Shown piece after piece: positions 57,286-64,000 of a stretch of 64,000 nucleotides of DNA. A program made the position numbers and the translations under genes. The DNA lies in assembly GCA_029858565.1 (NCBI GenBank), contig JAOUEV010000002.1:119873-183872 (forward strand), in the 5' to 3' direction. The notes under the pieces were generated by a model that worked only from the letters and a program-made list of their open reading frames with translations, had not been told where the DNA came from and did no database searches. The number at the start of each line of letters is the position of its first letter. Position 1 is the first letter of the stretch. Source of the stretch: Nitrospirota bacterium. GTDB taxonomy: Bacteria > Nitrospirota > UBA9217.

Positions 57286-58212
57286 TCACGGGGTTGCCGC
57301 GGGTGTTCTCTTGTAGCGTGCATACTCCACCAGTCCGATCAGGGACGGTGCTGCGATCGAGAGGAACCAGAGGATCGAGATCGTCGTGCTGGCCTCTGCA
57401 GATATGCCGACAAGACCGAAGAGGACCACGAAGGCGCTCTCCCGGAGGCCAAGGCCGGATATGGAGATGGGGAGCATCATTACCGTAACGATGATGGGAA
57501 CGAAAACAAAGAGCGCGGTGAACTGAGGCCGCTGCCCCACCGCCAGCGTGATAAGGTAGATCGACAGGATCGTAAGGAGCTGGATCAGAAGGGAGAGGCC
57601 ATATGCCGCGAGTATTGCGCGGCGGTTCCGGAGCGTACCGTGGAAGTAATCATAGAAATCAGCGACCGTGGAGAATCGTCTGCCGATCCGGAGGCCGAAG
57701 ACCAGCAAGCTTCCTCCCAGAAATGCAGCAAAGAGCAAAGGAGTGATCCACTGCATGCCCACGGCCCTCAGGTCGTTGAAGGCGATCGCTCCGGAGATCA
57801 ATCCGATGGTCAGCAGCCCCGTGTATCCCATGTATCGGTCCATGAACACCGAGGCAATGCTCCTTCCGCCCTGGCCGATCTCCCGGTAGAGATAGTATGC
57901 CTTGACCGCGTCGCCTCCCACCGCGCCCGGAAGGAAATTGTTGAAGAACGACCCTATCAGATTGAGGGAGAACAGTTTGCTGATCGGCTGACTGCCGCTC
58001 AGGAGGGCCCGCCAGCGGAGTGATGCCAGAAAAATGGTGCACAGGGACGCGAGAGAGGAGAGGGTGAAGTACCAGCCGTTCATATCGCGGAAGTGTTCGA
58101 TCATGGTGCGGAGATCGATCTTCCTGAACAGGTAGGTCAGAAGAATGCCGCTCACCAGCGCTTTGAGCGCGACCAAGGCGATCTTCTTCAGGGAATTTCC
58201 TTTTCCAGACAT
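57286..58212 (-). CDS. LPG-synthase TM domain / flippase-like protein (UPF0104)
   Basis: RW..LL, FFNNFLP..VGGD.VK, DR, LPISISGLGLRE. Confidence 0.85.
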   Translation of the reverse strand: MSGKGNSLKKIALVALKALVSGILLTYLFRKIDLRTMIEHFRDMNGWYFTLSSLASLCTIFLASLRWRALLSGSQPISKLFSLNLIGSFFNNFLPGAVGGDAVKAYYLYREIGQGGRSIASVFMDRYMGYTGLLTIGLISGAIAFNDLRAVGMQWITPLLFAAFLGGSLLVFGLRIGRRFSTVADFYDYFHGTLRNRRAILAAYGLSLLIQLLTILSIYLITLAVGQRPQFTALFVFVPIIVTVMMLPISISGLGLRESAFVVLFGLVGISAEASTTISILWFLSIAAPSLIGLVEYARYKRTPAATP

Positions 58213-58255
58213 CGTACCGTTCCGATCACCCTGCGCGAATCGCTTTCGCCGGGTC

Positions 58256-59083
58256 TCATAGTTTCAGGCTTTCCTTGTAAACGTCCTTTTTGGGCAGGCC
58301 CAGCTCCTCTGCCGCTGCCGCGATAGCATCCTTCTTGGTCAATCCCCGATGGAGCATCAGGTTCTTCAGGTATTCCACGGTATTGACATCCTGCTGATTC
58401 GGCTCTGCCGTCGCACCGTGGACAACGATCGTGAACTCGCCTTTAATGCTGCCAGCGTCAAGATGCCGTCTGATGTCCGGCAAGGTCCCCCGGATAGCTT
58501 CTTCGTGGATCTTGGTGAGCTCCCGGGTGACGACGGCTTTGCGCTCGCCCAGAATGGCCGCCATGTCCTCGATGGTGTTCGTGATCCGGTGGGGCGCTTC
58601 GTAGAACACCAGGGTCCGCTTTTCATGTTTCAGCTCTTCCAGCCGTTTGAGCCGTGCCGTGTGCCTGCTCGGCAGGAATCCCTCGAACACGAAGCTGTCT
58701 GTTGGCAGGCCGGAGATCGAGAGCGCTGCAATGGCCGCTGTGGCTCCCGGGACCGGCACAACGGAGATCTTCTGGTCCACGGCAAGGTTGATCAGGAAAT
58801 ACCCCGGGTCCGAGATGCCCGGCGTCCCTGCGTCGGTCACAAGGGCCACGTTCTTTCCGTCCAGCATCTTCGCCGCGAGCACCGGCGCTTTTTCTTCCTT
58901 GTTGTGGTCGTGGTAGCTCGTAAGAAGGGGCGCGTGGATGTCGTACTTCGCGAGCAGTTTCTGGGTATGCCGCGTGTCCTCGGCAGCGATCACGTCCGCT
59001 TCCTTTAAAATTCGGATCGCCCGGAGGGTTATGTCCTCAAGGTTTCCGATGGGAGTGGAGACGATGTAGAGAGTGCCAGTCAT
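58256..59083 (-). CDS. rsmI: 16S rRNA (cytidine1402-2'-O)-methyltransferase
   Basis: LYIVSTPIGNLEDITLRA, AEDTR.T, DAGTPGISDPG, FYEAPHR, RELTK.HEE. Confidence 0.97.
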   Translation of the reverse strand: MTGTLYIVSTPIGNLEDITLRAIRILKEADVIAAEDTRHTQKLLAKYDIHAPLLTSYHDHNKEEKAPVLAAKMLDGKNVALVTDAGTPGISDPGYFLINLAVDQKISVVPVPGATAAIAALSISGLPTDSFVFEGFLPSRHTARLKRLEELKHEKRTLVFYEAPHRITNTIEDMAAILGERKAVVTRELTKIHEEAIRGTLPDIRRHLDAGSIKGEFTIVVHGATAEPNQQDVNTVEYLKNLMLHRGLTKKDAIAAAAEELGLPKKDVYKESLKL

Positions 59084-59087
59084 AATA

Positions 59088-59152
59088 CCTGTAGCCTGTG
59101 GCCAGTAGCCAGGGGCCGGGAAGGAAAAGAGTACCCGGCTACCGGCTACAGG
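59088..59152. repeat. Heptamer-based imperfect inverted repeat between nadE and rsmI
   Basis: CTGTAGC CTGTGGC CAGTAGC arm versus GGCTACCGGCTACAGG arm. Confidence 0.55.
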
Positions 59153-59167
59153 ATCCCGGGCCCCCGT

Positions 59168-60880
59168 TCAGTAGCTTTTATATCTGTTCGTTATGGGGAA
59201 TCTGCGGTCCTTGCCCAGTCCCCGCGGCGTGATCTTGACGCCCGGGGGGGCCTGGCGGCGTTTGTATTCGCTCGTATCCACCAGCCGGATCACCCGTTCC
59301 ACGGTCTTCCGGTCATATCCCATCTTGAGAATATCCTTGAACTCCCGGTCATCCTCCACATAGGCTTTGAGGATCGGATCGAGCACGGGATAGATTGGCA
59401 GGGAATCGCTGTCCTTCTGGTTTGGGCGAAGCTCCGCGGTCGGTGCCTTGGTCATGACCCGCTTCGGGATGATCGTCGCGTTGGCCAGGCGGTTCACGCA
59501 CCTGCAGACATCGTAGACCATGGTCTTGGGAACGTCCTTGATCACCGCGAACCCGCCGGCCATGTCGCCGTAGAGCGTGGCATAGCCCGCGGACATCTCG
59601 CTCTTGTTCCCGGTCGTGAGCACGAGCCAGCCGAACTTGTTCGAGAGCGCCATGAGCAGGTTGCCCCGGACGCGCGCCTGCAGGTTCTCTTCGGTCACGT
59701 CCTGCTTTGTCTTGGCGAACAGGCATCTGAGCGTGCGTAGATATGCATCAACGGTGTCAATGATCGGTATCTCCAGGAACCGTATGCCGAGGTTCGAGGC
59801 GAGCCGGCACGCGTCCTCGCGGCTCTCCCGGGAGCTGTACTGGGAGGGCATGAAAACGCCGATCACGTTCCCGCCGCCCAGGGCCGCGACCGCGACGGCT
59901 GCCACGAGAGAGGAGTCGATGCCGCCGGACAGCCCGATCACCGCGGTCCGGAAACCGTTCTTCGCGAAATAATCCTTCGTTCCAAGCACCAGCGCGCGGT
60001 ACACCTCCTCGCACAGGATCATCGGCTCCTTGATCTTTCTTGCCGTCGGCAGCGGTTTCTTCGCAGCTCCCGGATCTTCCGACAGGATGACGCGATCAAC
60101 GGAAACGAAGTGGCGCTGCTGCTCCCGGCTCGGCAGCGGCTTCCGCTCGGGCACCCTGATGTCCAGGGTCATGAGCTCTTCTTCGAACTGTTTGCCCATG
60201 GCGAGCAGTTTTCCGGACCGGTCGATCGCCATGCTCTGTCCGTCGAAGACCAGCTCGTCCTGGCCGCCGACGGAATTGGTATAGGATATGATGACTTGGT
60301 TCTTCCTCGCCCGTTCGGAAAGCATCCGGAGCCGCTCCCTGCCTTTTGCTTTGTGATAGGGAGAGGCATTGATGTTCACGATCACCTCAGCGCCTGCAAG
60401 CGCCTGGGATCGGGTGGGGCCTTCGGAGAACCAGATGTCCTCGCAGATGTTCACGCCCACCGTCACGCCGCGGACCGTCAAGAGGGGATAGCGGTTGCCG
60501 GGACGGAAATACCGGTATTCGTCGAACACGCCGTAGTTCGGCAGCAGGATCTTGTGATACACATAGGCGCAGGACCTGTTGTGCAGGACCGCGGCGGAAT
60601 TGTACAGAAAATCCTTATGATCAACGAACCCGACGATCGCGGTTATTCCCGTGGTCTCCTTCTGGACTTCCTTGAGCGCGCGCAGGTTGTCCTTCACGAA
60701 CTGGGGCTTGAGCAACAAGTCCTCGGGCGGGTAGCCCGTGAGCGCCATCTCGGGGAACGCGACGATGTCCGCGCTGAGCCTGCGGGCCTGTTTTATGTTG
60801 TCGATGATCCTGTCGCGGTTTCCCGCGAGGTCGCCGACCGTGGGATTCATCTGGGCCATGGAAATACGAAGAGTGCGCAT
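59168..60880 (-). CDS. nadE: Glutamine-dependent NAD+ synthetase
   Basis: Nitrilase-type domain (FPE, GYPPEDLL, K.LLPNY.VFDE.RYF, ICEDIW) plus synthetase (GLSGGIDS, ENLQAR.RG, GNKSE, GY.TLYGD). Confidence 0.97.
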   Translation of the reverse strand: MRTLRISMAQMNPTVGDLAGNRDRIIDNIKQARRLSADIVAFPEMALTGYPPEDLLLKPQFVKDNLRALKEVQKETTGITAIVGFVDHKDFLYNSAAVLHNRSCAYVYHKILLPNYGVFDEYRYFRPGNRYPLLTVRGVTVGVNICEDIWFSEGPTRSQALAGAEVIVNINASPYHKAKGRERLRMLSERARKNQVIISYTNSVGGQDELVFDGQSMAIDRSGKLLAMGKQFEEELMTLDIRVPERKPLPSREQQRHFVSVDRVILSEDPGAAKKPLPTARKIKEPMILCEEVYRALVLGTKDYFAKNGFRTAVIGLSGGIDSSLVAAVAVAALGGGNVIGVFMPSQYSSRESREDACRLASNLGIRFLEIPIIDTVDAYLRTLRCLFAKTKQDVTEENLQARVRGNLLMALSNKFGWLVLTTGNKSEMSAGYATLYGDMAGGFAVIKDVPKTMVYDVCRCVNRLANATIIPKRVMTKAPTAELRPNQKDSDSLPIYPVLDPILKAYVEDDREFKDILKMGYDRKTVERVIRLVDTSEYKRRQAPPGVKITPRGLGKDRRFPITNRYKSY

Positions 60881-60895
60881 ACAACCTCTGATTTT

Positions 60896-61028
60896 ACCAC
60901 GGAGTCACGGAGGCACGGAGACGCCCGACCGGATATTGATCCTGTTCCGTTGAAAATAGAATCTGAGAACAAGGTCATAGGTCAGTGCATTTCTTCCGCT
61001 TTTCTCTGTGTCTCCGTGTCTCCGTGGT
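60896..61028. repeat. REP-like inverted repeat element built from 8-nt CACGGAGA units
   Basis: ACCACGGAGTCACGGAGGCACGGAGA (60896-60921) and TCTCTGTGTCTCCGTGTCTCCGTGGT (61003-61028), 3 mismatches in 26. Confidence 0.75.
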
Positions 61029-62188
61029 TAAATAAGTTTCTTTGCTTTGTCTATGACTTCTTTCAAGGGTATCTTCTTCTCTTCCGCGATCTTTTTGCAG
61101 TCCTCGTACTCCGGCGTTACGGTCAGCACCTCGTCGCCGAGGCGGCTGACCTTCACCCGCACCGTGCCGTGCTCAGTCTTGACCTCGCGGATCTCCCGCA
61201 GGAGCTTTTTTCTGCCAACCTGCTGGATGCGCACTCCGATGCTCGTGGTCTCGCGGAAGAGGATATCCAGGACCGCATGCTGATCTTTATTGCCGGTCAG
61301 GACGGACAGCAAAATGCCGGGGCGTCCTTTTTTCATGATGACCGGCGTAAGATAGGCGTCGTGGGCTCCCGCGGCAAGCAGCTGTCCGATCACGTGTTCA
61401 TAGATCTGGGGATTCATGTCATCGATGTTCGTCTCGATCAGGACCGAGGTGTCCTCGCCCGGGGAAGACGTATATTCGGCGATGAACAGCCTGAGCACGT
61501 TCGGCTGGCCGGGAAAGTCGCGGTTGCCCGCTCCATGGGCAATGGTCCTGATCACCAGCTGGGGAAGCGGGCCAAAGGAGCTTGCCAGGGTGCTGATGAG
61601 CGCCGCTCCCGTGGGCGTGGTGAGCTCGAAAGTAATGGAGGAAGAATAGAGCGGGATGCCCTGCAGCAGCTCCACGGTCGCAGGAGCGGGCACGGGCAGA
61701 CGGCCGTGTGCCGTGTGCACGCTTCCGGAGCCGACGTTCAGAGGCGAGGCGATGATCTCGGTGATGCCAAGGTGCTCCAGTCCTATCACTGACCCGACGA
61801 TGTCCACGATCGCGTCCACCGCGCCGACCTCATGAAAATGCACATGATCGATGTCCGTGCCGTGAACCTTTGCCTCGGCCTCGGCCAGCCGGCGGAAGAT
61901 GTTCAGGCTCTTCTGCTTTATCGTGGCGGACAGGGAAGAACTGTTGATGATCTCCCGAATGTCGGAAAGATGCCTGCTCGGTTGCTCCCGGTCATCGAGG
62001 ATGACGCTCACTTTGGTGGCGGAAAGTCCCGAGCGTTTCACCTGTTCACAGCTGAGCGCGTAGCCGGGAAGGTCGAGCTTCGCAAGCTCCGAACGCAGCG
62101 CCTCGATCGGCACGCCCGCGTCCACCAGGGCGCCCAGGGTCATGTCGCCGGAAATGCCGGAAAAACAGTCGAAGTAGGCGATGGTCAT
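61028..62188 (-). CDS. larC: Nickel-pincer cofactor nickel insertase LarC
   Basis: YFDCFSGISGDM.LGAL, VHFHEVGAVDAIVD, HG.LPVPAPA, ELTTPTG, ETNIDD, MKKGRPG, ETTSIG.R, PEYEDC. Confidence 0.95.
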   Translation of the reverse strand: MTIAYFDCFSGISGDMTLGALVDAGVPIEALRSELAKLDLPGYALSCEQVKRSGLSATKVSVILDDREQPSRHLSDIREIINSSSLSATIKQKSLNIFRRLAEAEAKVHGTDIDHVHFHEVGAVDAIVDIVGSVIGLEHLGITEIIASPLNVGSGSVHTAHGRLPVPAPATVELLQGIPLYSSSITFELTTPTGAALISTLASSFGPLPQLVIRTIAHGAGNRDFPGQPNVLRLFIAEYTSSPGEDTSVLIETNIDDMNPQIYEHVIGQLLAAGAHDAYLTPVIMKKGRPGILLSVLTGNKDQHAVLDILFRETTSIGVRIQQVGRKKLLREIREVKTEHGTVRVKVSRLGDEVLTVTPEYEDCKKIAEEKKIPLKEVIDKAKKLI

Positions 62189-62197
62189 GGTTTTAGT

Positions 62198-62294
62198 CTG
62201 TCATTGCGAGCGAAGCGAAGCAATCTCGTAGTTCATAGTGAATCATAGAGGTCATTCCATGTGGGATTCGTCGCAAAGCTCCTCGCAATGACAG
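62198..62294. repeat. REP/MITE-like inverted repeat element (TGTCATTGCGAG family)
   Basis: Perfect 13-bp terminal inverted repeats CTGTCATTGCGAG ... CTCGCAATGACAG. Confidence 0.75.
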
Positions 62295-62302
62295 CTTAAG
62301 GA

Positions 62303-63058
62303 TTACCGCTCGCCGAGAAGGTTGATCCTATGCGCGAGCACTCCCGCGCCGAAGCCGTTGTCGATGTTCATGACAGCCACGCCGGATGCGCAGGAATTCA
62401 GCATGGTGAGGAGCGGGGCAAGGCCCTGGAACCCGGCGCCGTATCCCACGCTGGTCGGCACGGCGATCACCGGTTTGTCCACCAGTCCGCCGACCACCGA
62501 AGGAAGCGCGCCGTCCATGCCCGCGACCACGACGATCACCCGCGCGGCATCGAGTACATCCTTCTTGCTCAGGATCCGGTGGATGCCTGCCACACCAACA
62601 TCATACACCGTCCGGACCGTGCTGCCCAAGGTCTGTGCAGTGACCGCCGCTTCTTCGGCGACCGGGATGTCCGAGGTGCCCGCGGTCAGTATCGCGACAG
62701 TTCCTTTGGACGGCGTCTTCTTTTTCTGCTCAATGACGATCGCCCGTGAGTTCTGGTGATACACTGCGCGTCGGTCGAGCTTCTTTATCGCCTTGAATAC
62801 CTGCTCGTTCGCCCGCGTGGCAAGGATATCGCTTTTCGCGGCGAGCATCCGCTGCACAATGCCGCTTATCTGGTCCACGGTCTTTCCCTCGCAGTAGATC
62901 ACCTCGGGCATGCCGTGGCGGAGACTCCTGTGATGGTCGATGTGCGCGTAGACCATATCTTCGAAAGGCAGGTGCTTCAGCCGGTCCAGCGCTGTCTCGA
63001 TGGTCATGCCGCCGGCTTTCACGGCCTTGAGCAATTTTGTGAGCTCGGATTTGTTCAT
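62303..63058 (-). CDS. larB: Nickel-pincer cofactor biosynthesis protein LarB
   Basis: D.HR..R.G.PEVIYCEGKT, AGTSD.PVAEEA, DVGVAGIHR, AGMDGALPSVV, PTSVGYG, MLNSC..GV.V.NIDNGFGA. Confidence 0.95.
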   Translation of the reverse strand: MNKSELTKLLKAVKAGGMTIETALDRLKHLPFEDMVYAHIDHHRSLRHGMPEVIYCEGKTVDQISGIVQRMLAAKSDILATRANEQVFKAIKKLDRRAVYHQNSRAIVIEQKKKTPSKGTVAILTAGTSDIPVAEEAAVTAQTLGSTVRTVYDVGVAGIHRILSKKDVLDAARVIVVVAGMDGALPSVVGGLVDKPVIAVPTSVGYGAGFQGLAPLLTMLNSCASGVAVMNIDNGFGAGVLAHRINLLGER

Positions 63059-63065
63059 ATTAAGG

Positions 63066-64000
63066 TTATCTGCGTCTCCGCGGCTCCAGCTCGCCGCGGT
63101 CGCATTCCTTGATGGCCCTTGCGGCACGCCGTTTCTTGCGCTCGCCGACCGGCTGTTCGGTCTTTTTCGCCTCGGCCAGGAACCGCTGGAGATAGGACGT
63201 CGCCTTTCCGCAGTTATCATTCGCAGCGTGGATCATCCCGATGTGGAACAGCATGTTGGGGTCATTTGGCCGCGATCGCTCAACGATCTGGAGCTCCTTG
63301 AGCGCTTCGTCGAACCTGCGCCGTTCCTTGAGCACGGCGGCAAGCTTAAGCCGAAGCTGCGGGCTGTCCGGGGCGAGCGAAAGGCCATCCCGCGCCTCCT
63401 GCTCCGCCGCTTTCAGGTCTCCCTGGCGATGATAGATCATGGCGAGCAGGAACCTCGCACGGGTGTTCTTCGGGTCCGCCTTGACCCGGGCTGCTACGGT
63501 TGCGGCGGCCTCCGCCAGTTCCTGCTTGTTCATCTCAATGTCGATATCGGTCACCCGGTAGGCAAGCTGGTTCCAGAGCTTTGAGACCTCGTCGTTCGAT
63601 TCTTCGCGAGAAAGCACCACGGCCAGCTGCTTTTTCGTTTCCTCGGTCTTTGCGGTATTCTTTTCGGTCTGCAGGCGCGAGACGAGCTGATCGCGCTCTT
63701 TCCTGAGCGCTGCGTTCTCCCGCGCGGTTGCCTCGAGCTGCGCCTTGAGATCGTCGTTTTCGCGGTAGTTCTCGATCTGACGTGTGAGCGTGCTTGTGTC
63801 GATCCTGCAGCGGACCTTCGTGAAGATCTCGGGACGCTGCGCGGTGCCTCGCATCTCCTCGGCGATCACTTCGGTCTCGATGATCCCCGCGGTATAGGCA
63901 GTAACTTCGTCTTTTGTGAGGCGGTAGTCCTTCACCTCGGTCAGGCTGGCGACATAGGTGCCTGCCAGTTCCAGCGCTTTCCGCTTCGCCTCCTGCATAA
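63066..64000 (-). CDS. TPR and coiled-coil protein, 5' end outside the window
   Basis: EAKRKALE.AG.YV.S motif, coiled coil, several TPRs; frame runs to the window edge. Confidence 0.7.
   Translation of the reverse strand, partial: MQEAKRKALELAGTYVASLTEVKDYRLTKDEVTAYTAGIIETEVIAEEMRGTAQRPEIFTKVRCRIDTSTLTRQIENYRENDDLKAQLEATARENAALRKERDQLVSRLQTEKNTAKTEETKKQLAVVLSREESNDEVSKLWNQLAYRVTDIDIEMNKQELAEAAATVAARVKADPKNTRARFLLAMIYHRQGDLKAAEQEARDGLSLAPDSPQLRLKLAAVLKERRRFDEALKELQIVERSRPNDPNMLFHIGMIHAANDNCGKATSYLQRFLAEAKKTEQPVGERKKRRAARAIKECDRGELEPRRRR

Overview
High-GC bacterial window. The lineage is uncertain; gene content suggests an anaerobe such as Nitrospirota or Desulfobacterota (inference). Positions 1-7 kb hold the end of an FG-GAP repeat protein and two very large, secreted, Ser/Thr-rich multiheme cytochromes c: about 31 and 15 heme-binding motifs, mixing CXXCH and CX4CH. 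They are followed by about 51 kb of envelope-modification genes: System II cytochrome c maturation genes (resB, ccsA and a second His-less ResB paralog), eight GT-C-type membrane glycosyltransferase candidates (2 PMT-like, 3 TMTC-like with TPRs, 1 PMT_2+TPR, 1 YfhO-like, 1 unassigned), three GT2 polyprenyl-phosphate sugar synthases, a GT9, a flippase-like protein, nine radical SAM enzymes (six cobalamin-binding type), an orphan E1 alpha/beta pair, SGNH proteins (one broken), a carbamoyltransferase cassette and three paralogs of an exported UPF0489-like domain. Housekeeping genes (rsmI, nadE, larC, larB, a partial TPR gene) end the window. The leading hypothesis is a dedicated system that matures giant extracellular cytochromes and O-glycosylates them with heavily modified sugars. 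All family calls come from motif recognition by eye; no searches were run.
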